From the NCBI GenBank assembly GCA_048213135.1, contig PS015223.1, forward strand, positions 133,273-187,188: DNA of 53,916 bases, written 5' to 3'. Below the pieces are notes generated by a model. It was given only the letters and a program-made list of their open reading frames with translations, did not search any database and was not told where the DNA came from. Positions 23,901 to 36,600 of the stretch are shown in pieces (the first letter of the stretch is position 1; every line of letters begins with the position of its first letter). Both the position numbers and the translations under genes were made by a program. This DNA is from Reclinomonas americana ATCC 50394. Lineage: Eukaryota.

Positions 23901-26376
23901 GGTGCGACACTCGAGAGGCAGCTTGCACGTCCCCGATGATGCACACTGGCTGCTGCTTCGAGCTGTCGCCGGGCAAGGTCACGAATGTTGTTGGTGCCAC
24001 CGATTGGAGGATACGGCTGAGCGTGGAGCGCACACGTGCCCACGAGCAAGCACTCCACCCACGCCACTGACGAACTGTGGAAGGTGAGAAACACGCAAAC
24101 ACACAAGATGTCACAAATGGTAACGGCGTGTCATGTACCTCTTGTCCCACTGTTGGCGGCAGCTTTCCGGTACGCCGAGAGTTGCGCACCACTCGGTGGT
24201 GGAGGCCAGCGTCGCCCGCAAGCTATTCAGTCGCGTGTGGCACTCTCGCAAACGACCTTCTGCCAAATCAGCATGAAACTGCAGGCGTTCCTTGCGCCAC
24301 ACGTGCTCCCACGATGTGGGTAGCCAGTCGGCCAGCGCAGCACGCAAGTCCACTTGTCGTTCCGATGCATCCTGCAAGCACAAGAGGACGCGCTCTCGGG
24401 CATACACGTCGCTCGTGGGACTGCGTCGCTGCTGGCGTGAGTATTCATCTGGTTCGTTCAAGGGAGAGAAGCAGAGCAATGTGCAGGCAGACCTCAGTCG
24501 CGCCAGATGCGAGACGCGTTCAGCGGCAGCACGCGACGACAGCGTATTGTAACGCTGGCGCAGTGAGCGGGCATGCATCAACTGTGTGCGTGGAAGTGCG
24601 GGAGTGAGATGAACAGATATACTGCGTGCAGTGACGTCTGCGCAACGATGAGTGGTGCGGGCCACGCTTTCCAGACGACCTTCTTGTTACCCGGATCCGG
24701 CAAACTGTCGTCGGCCTCGGCAAATTGCAGTGCATCCGAAAACACCTGCACATCCATGAGCGAAGCGACGAGGCCGATCGACTGTTGCTTCTCCTCCGCC
24801 AGTGTCAAGCATCGCTGAATGTGCGATCGAATGCGCTGTCGCACTTTCTCGTTGTCCCACGGAGGACCCTGAGTGGAGATGAGTGACTATGATAGGACGG
24901 CTTCAGCTTCTGAGCAACAGACAGCGCATAACCTTGTGCGCCAGCAAAAAGTGTGTGTGGCTGAGTGCGTCGAGAAGAAATGCCAGCACATCGCCCGTTC
25001 CATCGAGAGACCTGTGGTGCAGATGAAAGTGAGGTGTGCATCCACTTCCCCCCCTCGGCATGATCCCATCGCAACATTTCCCGATGCACCATCTCTCCAA
25101 ACTCGCGCAGCAGCCGCACATCTCCACACTGTGCCATGCACAAGAACAACCAAAACAGTACGCCAGAACCAAATCTCTGTACAGCATGCACCGCGACAGC
25201 GACAGCCAGCAGCGACGCCTCGTTGATCACCGCACAATGCAACACGAGCATTACACTCGACTTGTCCATTTGCGTGAGCCTCGCACGCAACACTTCGGCA
25301 TCCATCAACACTGTGTGGAGAGCCGTGGCATCGGAAAAGATGACTTGCAAAGCACCCACAGCATCACCGGCCTGGAGACGAGCACTGGCTGCATTGTGTG
25401 CGGCAAATTGTACGCCCGCCACTCTCATCCAGTGCGACGACGACGACAACACCAACAGTCCAGCGTCTGACGAAAAGTCACCCACAGCATCCCCGTCAAC
25501 AGCTGGCATCTCCAGCATCGCATGACGGGCGGATGTCCACGGTAGCAGTAACGAAGCAGCACAAACACTCTCGGCAGCACCAACGGCAGCCTGCAAATCA
25601 CTGCCGGCAGCACCACTGCGCAGCGCAAACAAGCCCTCCCAGGCAAACACATTGTCGGCACAGAGTTGCACGGCTCGCCGGTAGCAGCGAAACGCGCGAT
25701 CTAACAGTCCTTGCAGCCGATACAACTCGCCCTGCACACACAACACTCGCGAATCCGTGGGCGCTCGCTCCTCGGCCTCACCAAGCAGAGTGTTCGCCTG
25801 TGTGACACAGACATGCACACTCAGAAGCCAGCAGAAGCATGCGATCGCACCACCATCACTCACGCACCGCTCCCCACCGCCCGAGTCGCATCTGCACCCG
25901 CGCCGCCACCAACAAATGTTCCGCAGCAGTCGGCCGCGCACTCTGCGCCTGCGCACAACACAACAAACACGCCTCCCACTGCTGCTGCAGCAAGTACACC
26001 TCAGCCAGATGCAGCCACGGCGCATGCGCCTGCGGCATGCACACAGTGGCCTCCAACAAGCACGACTCGGCCGCCGACAAGTCGCCCGTGAGAACGAGAT
26101 GCCTGTCGCCGAATCACTGGCTCAGCCCCTCCGACACCGCATCGCCACACACACACACACACAGACACACACGCAACACAAGACCGCAGTACAACGCCAC
26201 TGCGCCACGATCGTCATCCGTGCATTGCTGCAATGCATCGAGCGCACGCGCTGCATCGCCTCGTCTCTGCGCAGTGTGAAAGCAACGAAAAGGGAAGCGC
26301 ACACACACACGAAAAAACAGCACGCAACTGCATGAGCAAGACCGATGCGAATGCCTTTCGCTGCGTCGCTTTGCAT
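17981..26376 (-). CDS. Large multi-exon gene with N-terminal TPR repeats, function unknown (possibly more than one gene; 3' end in gap)
   Basis: ATG 26376; TPR units APWLHLAEVYLLQQQWEAC and LCVQGELYRLQGLLDRAFRCYRRAVQLCADNVFAWEGL. A chain of minus-strand exons continues to the gap. Only the first 2.5 kb was traced splice by splice. Confidence 0.5.
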
Positions 26377-26468
26377 GTTGACAGTCTGTGAATGTGGGAA
26401 TCGCGATCGATCGACCAACACTGTGACACTACACACGAGAGAGCAGAGCAGAGAGTGCAACAACAACA

Positions 26469-28301
26469 ATGGCGGCAAGTGAGGATGTGGAGGAGCAAAT
26501 GGCGGAGGTGCTGGACTGGTACGCAGCCAAGAAGGCCAAGAAGGATGAGAATCGACTGGTGAGCGATGACAGTGAGTGCGAGTGAGTGAGAGACAGAGAG
26601 TGCGTGTGCGTGTGTGAGGGAAGGGAGAGCAAGAGCGNNNNNNNNNNNNNNNNNNNNAGAATGGAAGAGGGGCGACGAGACAATGAAGAAGGAGGGAGAG
26701 AAGGATAGCGATGGAAGTGAGAGGCACAGAGACGAATACGCAGCAACGATGAAGACAGGAAAGCGAGACAGGGTAGGAAGGGAGGAAGGAGAGAGAGAGA
26801 GAGAGGCAGGAAGGCGACGACGACAGGGAAAGAAAGCGAGGAGATCGATGGGAGGGAGAGGGGAGCGTGGGAGAATGCGAGTCAGAAACGAAGCAAAGAA
26901 ATGCAAGCAGCCGCTGTGTTTAGAGAGAGATGACTTGCTATGTCAGTTTCGCTGACTTTCGTGTGCAACAGTCACGTTCGCGGCCTCGGCTTTCTGTACC
27001 TGCGCTACTGTGTGGAACCCGAGGACTTTTGGCCCATCTATCGCCAGCACTTGGACGACGAGGAAGAGTGCACCATGGGACTCGATGGCACCAAGAAAAT
27101 GTTGGGTCTCCGTCCTCTCGCTTTTCCCCTTGTCGTGTCGCTCACTGCCGCTCTCTGCCAGGTCCATCGGCGCCTTGGTTCGCGAGTTGATTCGGGAGCC
27201 CAAGTGGCAGACGGCGGTGCTGCCGCGCATTCCCGTGCCCATCCAGCGCAGGTTTATCAAGGAGATTGACGAGCACGATGGTGTAACTCGGCACGACGAC
27301 GACTCCTCCACCAAGCAGTCCTCGTTGCGTCGTCGCCAGCACAGCAACGTTCGTTTCTTCCCGCCTACTCACAGTGCTCTGACGCAGGTCGACCAAGAGC
27401 CGCGAGGAACGGATGCGAGAGCGCGAGGACGAGTTGCGAAGACACGGCTACTTGCACGCCACCGAGTCGGCATCCACCAACGCGCTCAGTCGACTGAAGG
27501 TCTTTCAATCCCCCTTTTTTGCATTCCCTTCAGTGCACTTACTCGCGCTCTCTCTCTCTCTCGACTTACTGCAGGCACTGCAAGCCATTCGCGATCGCGA
27601 CTCGCAAGCGGCAGCCTCGATTGAGGACCGCCGTGCGCGTGGTGCGTCGCACCGCGACCAGTCGTTCGACGATCCGTTCGACTACAAGCCCATCAAGAGA
27701 CCGGCGGCACTCGGCAACGGCCTGCCGATGGCATTCGGTTCCTCGAGCCACGCCGGCGGTGGAGAGGTGATGTCGGTGCAGTCATCCGCGACTGTGACGT
27801 CGTCGTCTCGCACTCACGCCTCGTCGAGAAGGCCCGAGCGTGCGCCGTCACCTCATGACCGCAAACGCAGCTCGGATCACCATCATAGGGATCGAGACCG
27901 TGAGAGGGAGTCATCGTCGCACCACCGCCGCGACCGGGAGCGGGAGAGTCGGAAGCGCTCGAGGTCACGCTCTCGATCGCGCTCACTCACCCGGTCGCCA
28001 TCGCCGTCGCGGTCACGCTCCGGGTACGTGTGTGCTGGAATGCGTGCGTGCTTGCATGAATGCCTCCGTGTTCACCTCTCCTTCTCGCAGTTCACCAGCA
28101 ACAAAGCGACGCAGCACGGGAGCGGCGGAGGCTGAGAAGGGACGCGATCTGCTGCAGACGTTCTCGCGAGTGCAATCATTACTCGGCGGCACCGTCAGCA
28201 AGGTTTGTGTCGTCCGCTCGACATTGCACAGACGTTTATGCATAGGTGCTGACTGTGTGTTTCTCCCCCCTGTGCAGCAAAGCGCCCTGTCCAAGTACTA
28301 G
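26469..28301 (+). CDS. PRPF38B: Pre-mRNA splicing factor PRP38B-like with RS/RD-rich C-terminus (part of the domain lost in gap 26638-26657)
   Basis: HVRGLGFLYLRYC..PEDFW....HLDDEEE...M|SIGALVRELI..PKW..AVLPRIPVPIQR matches PRP38B (YIRALGFMYIRY, LDDEE, FPRIPVP). Followed by RSRSRSRS repeats; TAG at 28299-28301. Confidence 0.88.
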
Positions 28302-28399
28302 AAACAAATGCACTCGAGAATAAATGGAAGTGAATGACACGAGAGTTGTCCCTGCCTTGTCCCAATACCTCTCTCTCTGCTCTCGTTTTGTGTGTGCTG

Positions 28400-30131
28400 A
28401 TGCGCGAATGGATCACACTGCAGCTGGGGCAGTGTGGCAACCAAGTCGGCCCGCATGTACTGGACACGCTTCTCCGTTGCGCCACACAAACACAAACACA
28501 CACACATCATCATCAACACTCACACACATGACGCCGACTCTCAGAGGAATGCATGCGACTGCCCGAGGCAGCTCAGGAGGTGTTTGAGCGCGTCTTCTTC
28601 ACACACAGACCAGCACCGGGGTCGCGAGTCTCGGGTCGCACAGAGCGTGGTGTGTACTCTTCCCTCATCTCTCTCTCTCTCTCTCTCATTCTCCTCTCTC
28701 TCATGATCGTCAGTGGCTCGATGTGTGCTGGTCGACATGGAGCCCAAGGCCATACAGAGCGCACTCGACTTTTCCGCACAGAGACAACAACAGCAGCAGC
28801 AGCAGCAGGCAGGCACTGGTGACAGTGGCAGTGCCTCATCACAGTCGCTGCTGTGGCGATACGCGTCAGAAGCAGTCGTGTATGGCGGGCAGGTAAGGGA
28901 GAGAGGAGGGAGAGAGAGGTTGTCTGTGCCTCTCCTTACCCTCAGCCTCGCATCCCTTCTCCTCCAGGGCGGTTCCGGCAACAACTGGGCACTGGGCTTT
29001 GTGAAAAACGGACCACTGTGTCGGGAATCGGTGTTGGATGCGGTGCGACGGCAGGCGGAGCAGTGCGATGCACTGGCGGCGTTGCTGGGCTTGTCGTCGC
29101 TGGCGGGTGGTACGGGCTCTGGTCTCGGAGCGTACGTGTGGAACGAGCTGCGTGACGAGTACCCGGCAACGGCGCTCATCTCGCACGTGGTGTGGCCGCA
29201 CGAGGCCGGCGACGTGATTGTGCAGCACTACAACGCGCTGCTGACACTTGCCGAGCTGCACCGATCGTCGGATGCGATTGCGTTTACGGAGAACGATCAC
29301 CTGCATCAGGTGTGTCGCGGACTCATGGGCATTGCACGGCCGTCGTTTGCCGACATGAATGGAGTGCTGGCGAGGGGTGTGGCGGCCGCACTGTTGCCAT
29401 CGTGTGATGCGTCGCTCGACAGTCCATCGTGGAGCTCCTCGCTGCCGTGGTGGGACTTTGCCGTCGATCCGGCCACTCGACTCACCGCCGACATGTGTGC
29501 CCATCCGGCGCGCAAACTGCTGCACAACTTTGTCGTACCGCAGGTGGCCAGCGGATCGCGCGCCTTCACCAGCCACACGTGGAGTGGCATTGCGCGGCAG
29601 CTGACACAAATGATGGCGACGGGAACGTGCATCGACGGTCAGATGGACTGGTCGTCGGTGAATGTCGACGAGCGCGGACGCCTCACCACCGATCCAGCAG
29701 CGGCGCTGCAGTCGGCCGCCTGGTGGGTCACCTTGCGCGGCAGCGATGTCAGGTTCGCAGTCAGTGTCTCCTGTTGTGCGCACACGACCTCATCATGTGT
29801 GTGTGTGTGCGGTAGTTCCGTTCGCAAGGAGCACCTGCAGCGCTTCACCGCCGTGCGGGACGTGCTCTCGCCCGGCTTCTTCCAGTTGTCCATTGCTCCC
29901 GGCGTCGATTTCGAAGGACTCGCCGGTGTCGGTGCCGCCACCGGCAACAGCCAGTACGCCCTACGCGGCCTCGATCGCCTGCTCTCCCGTGCCACCGAAA
30001 CCATGCAGAGCGGCGCCTACCTGCACCACTACGAAGCCAAGGGTGTCGACGCAGATCACATCCGCGAATCACTGGTGGAGATGGAACAGGTCGCCCAGTG
30101 CTATCGCGATCTCTCCGTGAAACCACCATGA
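28400..30131 (+). CDS. TUBD1: Delta-tubulin
   Basis: TLQLGQCGNQVG, ARCVLVDMEPK, GSGNNWALG, SLAGGTGSGLG, VWPHEAGDVIVQHYNALLTLAELHRSSDA...END.LH, AYLHHY. The VWP..GxVIVQxYN segment is delta-type. Four introns. Confidence 0.9.
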
Positions 30132-30215
30132 ACGAGAGACAAAAAAGTAAGCTACAACGTATCTACACTCGACCACCTTCACACAAATCAACTCCAGCAC
30201 AATCGGTCACAACAG

Positions 30216-30724
30216 TTATTTGCCCTTTTGCAACTTGGCCTTGCCCGGGTGCGACTTGTTCTTCTCAAAGAGTGCGGCATTGTGCGCACGAGCCTCCTCC
30301 AGTGCCTTGAGAGGGTCGACGTACTTGGGCCGACTGGCGCCCTCATTGGAGCCCGAAGCACCGCCTTCGCTCTCCACTGCCTTGGCCGCCGCCTTGGCCG
30401 CCTGCTTGGCACGTATGGCCTCGGCGTCACTACAGAGAGAGTGTGTGAGAAGAGAGAGAGAGATGGCTCGGACACCAAAAATAGAGCTCAGAAGCAAACC
30501 GTTCGCGATCTGCCGTGCCCTTCTTCGGCGCCAACTTGTCAGTGCGCGCCTTGGCTGTGTACGAGATGGAAAGAGAGTGTGTGCGCGTGTGAGTGATTGA
30601 AAACGAGTGACGTCACAATGTGGAGATTGTGGAGTGCGTGAAGAGTGTGTGTGTGTGTGTGTAGAGAGAGAGAGGCTACGCAACCGCGCTCGCGATCTCG
30701 CTCCCTTTGACTGCCACGAGTCAT
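30216..30724 (-). CDS. SERF: SERF/4F5-family small basic protein (3 exons)
   Basis: Spliced MTRGSQRERDRER|AKARTDKLAPKKGTADRER|DAEAIRAKQAAKAA... matches MTRGNQR..R.R ... RERDAxxxxxKQ. Confidence 0.85.
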
Positions 30725-31453
30725 CCGTGCTCTTGNNNNNNNNNNNNNNNNNNNNNNNNNNNNNNNNNNNNNNNNNNNNNNNNNNNNNNNNNNNNNNNNN
30801 NNNNNNNNNNNNNNNNNNNNNNNNNNNNNNNNNNNNNNNNNNNNNNNNNNNNNNNNNNNNNNNNNNNNNNNNNNNNNNNNNNNNNNNNNNNNNNNNNNNN
30901 NNNNNNNNNNNNNNNNNNNNNNNNNNNNNNNNNNNNNNNNNNNNNNNNNNNNNNNNNNNNNNNNNNNNNNNNNNNNNNNNNNNNNNNNNNNNNNNNNNNN
31001 NNNNNNNNNNNNNNNNNNNNNNNNNNNNNNNNNNNNNNNNNNNNNNNNNNNNNNNNNNNNNNNNNNNNNNNNNNNNNNNNNNNNNNNNNNNNNNNNNNNN
31101 NNNNNNNNNNNNNNNNNNNNNNNNNNNNNNNNNNNNNNNNNNNNNNNNNNNNNNNNNNNNNNNNNNNNNNNNNNNNNNNNNNNNNNNNNNNNNNNNNNNN
31201 NNNNNNNNNNNNNNNNNNNNNNNNNNNNNNNNNNNNNNNNNNNNNNNNNNNNNNNNNNNNNNNNNNNNNNNNNNNNNNNNNNNNNNNNNNNNNNNNNNNN
31301 NNNNNNNNNNNNNNNNNNNNNNNNNNNNNNNNNNNNNNNNNNNNNNNNNNNNNNNNNNNNNNNNNNNNNNNNNNNNNNNNNNNNNNNNNNNNNNNNNNNN
31401 NNNNNNNNNNNNNNNNNNNNNNNNNNNNNNNNNNNNNNNNNNNNNNNNNNNNN

Positions 31454-31823
31454 CGCCTTCGAGATGGCCGAGCTGCGCGCTCGCATCAAGGCCCTCGAGA
31501 TCAACGCACCGTACTCGTCCTCGTCACACGGACCACTGCCGCCGACCAACATCCAACTGGACGAGAACGGCGACCGCGACCTCAACAGCCCACCCAGCGC
31601 CACTGTCAGCGCCACAGCACCGCCAGTTACTGGCGGCACCACAGCTGTGTTCCTGCAACGCCACGGACGCGCTCCGTCGCTCGAGTTGCGCGACCAGGCT
31701 GCCGCCCCCATGCAGCGACCACCATCCAGTGGACTGCTCATGGTGCGCTCACCAAGTGGCCGCATGCACGAGATCAATGTCGGTCCCAGCACCAGATCCG
31801 GCGCACACGATGCCAGCGCATGA
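31454..31823 (+). CDS. Orphan 3' coding segment on a gap-flanked contig; probably the C-terminus of the 31938-33363 gene if the contig is inverted
   Basis: Open from the contig edge: AFEMAELRARIKALE followed by a low-complexity tail, TGA at 31821-31823. Confidence 0.55.
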
Positions 31824-31937
31824 GCGAAATGATGAGGAGAATGTATAGCTTTGCAATCTCTCGCACAATGATACAAAAGTCAACCAAGCTCCAATCAACG
31901 AACTTCAATCACTCGCANNNNNNNNNNNNNNNNNNNN

Positions 31938-33363
31938 AAGGAGGACTCCTGCGCGGTGCGACCGCTCTCCACGTCTTCGGCGGAGGCTGGGGACGTGCTG
32001 GCCGCTTCCTGCTGGCGACGGCGGTTGCGGATGAAGCGGAAGATGAACGTGGTGATCAGCAGTATCTGGAAGGCGAGCGAGACTGTGGCGCACTGCAGTC
32101 AGCACACACAAATGCACAGTCTATGGTCACTCACGCAACTGAAACCGCCGACAGTGCCCAAGGCGTCGAGAATGGAGCGCTTGGAGATGACGGTCTTGAC
32201 GTAGGTCGGCGCCAACTTGATGTGTGCCTGATGGAGAAGGGCCCGGGTATGAGTGAGTGAGCGCAAGTTTCTCTCCCGAAAACAAACACGTGCATCATGA
32301 TCACCTTGGACCACGTCGTGTCGATCATGTTGTTGCAAATCTGGTCGGTGATGTCGACCTGCACGGTCTCGGAGAACCACGATTTCTTCATCACGTTGTC
32401 GATCTGGTCGTCAGTCTGGTGGTGAAGCGGGGGAGTGAATGAGTGGAAGGAACAGCACATTATAACTGGTCGGCAACATCATCGTACCTCGGCGTACGTC
32501 AAGATCTGTTGCTGGCTGGTCAGGGGCGTTTGGTAGTCGATCCACTTGCCAGTGTCATCGCGGCGCGACTGGGCAATGGAGATGCCAAAGGGCGACGAGA
32601 AGCAGTAATCGGTGAGGCTCCACGGCGTGTTGCGGCTGGTGGTGCAGTTGGGCGTGCTCGGCTTCGGGATGTCGCTGTCCTTCCAGTACACCTTGAGGCC
32701 GTCAATCGGATCTGCATCGAAGGAGTTGCATGAGGCCGAGTTGTGTGCACTCCACTCACTCACTCGTACTCACCAGGCGAGTAGCAGACTGGAATACGCT
32801 TGACTTCGTTTAGACGCATGGTGGTGCACCCCGCAACAGCGCCACCGTAGAAGCAGCGAGCACTGTGTGATACGTGAGTGATCTTGGCGTTGACTCGAGC
32901 TCACTCGCGATCGCTCACTCACCCGTCGCCAATGTTGAGGTAGCCGCCAGCGTAGACGCAAGTGTTGGCGCGGCACGTAAACTCGATGACCGGCACTGAA
33001 GGAAAGAGAGAGCGAGAGCGAGAGGGGAGAGTGACGGTGAGTGGTCGATTGGCACGCGCCAGTGGTGAAAACAGGTGTGGTGCGACGCAACAAATGTCGC
33101 CAGCCGGCAGCACCTGTGTGTTCTCCACTCGCGGGTTCCGGGCGTACTGTGCGGTGATGAGTGCGACGTAGGTGATCACGCTCGTCAACAGCAGCATCGT
33201 CATAATGCCGCCTGGGTAAAAACAGTTGAGTGCGCCGATATGTTTCGACGGGCGTGATCACGCACACTCGTACAACACACTCACCGAAAGTGGTGTTGGT
33301 GTCTTGATCGCGCATCGGGCGCACGAAAGCGTCCATGCGCTTGAGATAGTCGGGGAGACCCAT
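31938..33363 (-). CDS. Two-TM protein with a Cys-containing loop, ERGIC/Erv41-46-like or DEG/ENaC-like topology (3' end missing at gap)
   Basis: MGLPDYLKRMDAF...TTFG|GIMTMLLLTSVITYVALI (ERGIC-like start and TM1); seven introns; SILDALGTVGGF|ISLAFQILLITTFIF (TM2) followed by RNRRR. Confidence 0.65.
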
Positions 33364-33679
33364 GTTTGTCTGTTCTCTCGAAGCAACAAGAAAAGAAGCG
33401 CTGTCGTTGATTAACACATTGATCAATGTTATGTATGCGCGTGCCAACTGCCTCGTCGGAAATCGCCGACCTTGCTGTTGAGCGTGCACACGGAAATGAT
33501 GGAGTGCTTTTCTTTTCGGAGCGCAGTGGAGGTGGTGAAGGTGGTGCTGGGAGTAGTACAGTGTGGTATTAATCGCGCCGATATTGGCTGGTGGAAACAG
33601 ATATCACCAACAACAAAACAGCCGCATGATGACCACCATCTTGTGAAACAATAAACAAACCCCTCCATTATATACAATC

Positions 33680-36600
33680 TCACAGAATCGGATGCATATC
33701 TACAAACTCCTCAGCAACCGGAGCGACAGGCTCTGGCAGAGGCGACGGTGGCGCCCGCAACAGCGATGAACGCCCACTCGTCGAACTGGCCGACGAAGAT
33801 CGCCGACGACTGGCCAGTCGGAGCGACAACGGAGGTGAAATGGGGTTTCGCCTGCTGTGCACGCGATCCGCCTCCACCGGTATCAGCAGGTCTCCCGGTG
33901 AGAGCACAGTGGCGCTGGTGGTGCTGCCAGAAGCCGCCGAACGAGGCGATCCTTGGTTGTCGTCATCGTCGTCGTCATCGTCCATGAGTCCAGGAACCGC
34001 GACGCTGAAGTTGGACCCGGTCGACTGACGACAGCTCTCTCCGTCAGTGATAAGGACACTCACACACACATCGCTGAACGCCGCTGGCGTGACGCAACTC
34101 GGACGTGGAACTGCGGGTCGGCGTCGCCATGCCGGTGAGAGCGCTCTGTTGCAACTGGCGACGCCAGTGTGGGGTCCTCCGACAGCTCCACGTAGTCCAT
34201 GTGACAAGCCGCGGCAGAGTGCAGAGAAGGGTCGTTGGCAGTCGGTTCTCTGAGCTGCACATTGTTGTTTCCCAGGGCCAAGTCGTGCACAGGAGTGTTT
34301 CGAATACGCGACGGATATTTGCCGCACAGTCGCTGACAGCACGTTGTCGACATGAGAGCTGCCGGTGATACATGCACGCATGCATGAGATATCAATCGAC
34401 ACAGCGACTGGAGATCACACAACAATGACTCACCGCGAAACACTCGACCAATCCATCGTGCCGCTTGCAGCACGTAGCGCAACAACGACGGCACCAACAA
34501 CACAAAGCACACGGCTCCCAGCAAGATCAGCGACGCAATGGTCTTGAAGCGGTCAGATGCTTGAGAGGCCATTAGCGTGGCAATGGCAACAAGCGCGCAG
34601 AGCGACATTGCCTGCAAACCGGTGTCAGCACAGGAGATTGCAACAGCTGCTCAGGAGACCACTGCAAAGGACAAAAAAACCTCGAGAATATTTTGCGGAT
34701 TGTGCAGATAGGGTCTCACAACCAACTGCACCGCCAGGAAGAACAGGCACACTGTCCACAGAGCCAGAGGGATGATGTTGACCTCGTTCATGGCAGCCAT
34801 GGGGAACATGACAGAGACGAGGATCAGACGGCGACTGAGTTGATACGCTGCGCGTCGTGACACGAGTCAGTCACTGACGAGTGCAACCGATCACGCCGCC
34901 ACATACACAAAAGACCTTGGAACCAGCAATACCGAGGTTGGAACTGCTCGTACAGTGCGCCGAAACGGCGGAGGATCTGCACAGAGCTCTGCTGTGAACA
35001 CACCACCACAAAAAGACGAGGGCATTCTGCAGGCACAGCCGACTCCACCTGCGGGTTGTGCAGCTTCTTGCTGCGCCGGAGCACCAGCAGCCACACAAGC
35101 AGCAAGACAGGCGACACAAGAGCGAGGAGCACGAGAATGATGTAGAGGGGGAGCATCCGCAGCCATCTGCGTGCGAATGAGCAAGAGAATGAGAACACAG
35201 TGATGCACACTCATGCGCTCACTCGAGAAGCACACACTCACATGCCCTCAAAGCACACGATGCTCGGCGAGAACAGAGCCACATGCGAATCGCCTACGCG
35301 TGAGCACGCGAAGAATGTGACGCCCGCCTCCACGATGCCTTCGTATGCGCCGATGCCGAGGACGATAGTAGACTTCACGTAGCAGTCAACACCTGCCGAG
35401 TGCCGTATCGCGTCGCGCACACGACGCCAAAAGCGCGAACACCAGCGACCGCAGCAGCGACAGCATCGCTTCCGACCTCGCTGGCCCGTCGCAGCGCTCA
35501 CATCGATATCGGCTGCGGTGATATCCACGACCGCCATATCCTCCGCTGGCAACAGGCGCACCAAGAGGCGGTGAACGAAGAACGAAGCCCACAGCAATCC
35601 AAGGTAGACAATCGGCGATATGACGCGCCCGGTGAGGTCGCCGAGTCCACTCAGGAACAGAGGGCAACCGCTGTCGAAGAACTGGGGAACCGAGAAGCTG
35701 ACGAGTTGACTGAGCGCCACAAGGCCAGAGTTCGGGTATAGCAGCAGTGCGCCGGTTTGAATGCTGAAGAACAGAGTCTCCACAGAGTCTGCGAAAGAGA
35801 GACAAAGAGAGATATTCAGCAAAACACAAAGCTGCAAAGCATACGCGTTGCTCCCACAAACCTTCGCCTTCACTTTGCGCAAAGATGTGGGTGACCACCG
35901 CGACAAACCACATCTTGAGAATGACAATCAACATGGCCGCTTTCGAGGTTTCGGTGCACTCGATGCAATCGCCTTGCCAGTGCGAGAATCCAGCCTGTTT
36001 GTTGCACAAAAATGAGTTCCTTCACAGCCACTCTCCGAGCGGAACATCTGCTCACCGAACATCCGCCACACAGTGGCGACGCAGAGTCTCGGTCAAGATC
36101 CGGGTTGCAGAAGTCAGTGCTCGGCGACAGCTCTCCCTGCTGGCCCTTTCGATCACAATAGTCGAACGGACACAGGTAGACTTGTAAGAGGCCACCGGTG
36201 GACGCGCTCACCCTCGCACCGTCGGCGAGTGCGTTGGAGAACTCAAAGTCGGACGTGACGGGGAACGTCCAGTAGCCCGGCAGCAGTGCAATATCGGAGC
36301 CTCCCTTGCACTGCGCGTTTAATGAACACGGCAAGCACTGGCTGCCGCTACGCGTCGCGTCGAGTGAATAGTAGCCGACAGGGCATGGAAAGCAACCGGC
36401 GCCGGCGAGTAGCGACATGCCCGGCGGGCACGCAGTAACGGTGAGCTGCAGCGCCGGTGTGGCGGCCGACGTGGTGGCTCCGAAAGAGCCTCGACCTGCC
36501 GCCGCCACGCTTACGTTGAACGCCCCAAGGACAGCCTCTGTGCGCAGTGATCGCCCATCTCCCTCAGCTGTGTCGACGACTTGCAACTGAAACGCCGCCA

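Noticed and set aside
26658-26935. Purine-rich ORF (EWKRGDETMKKEGEK...) as a PRP38B exon
   Set aside because: GA-rich low complexity with no PRP38 motifs; more likely intron beside a gap that hides the missing exons.
28866-29783. Long antisense ORFs opposite delta-tubulin, the TPR genes and the Pmp exons
   Set aside because: Expected shadow ORFs in GC-rich coding DNA; no independent motifs.
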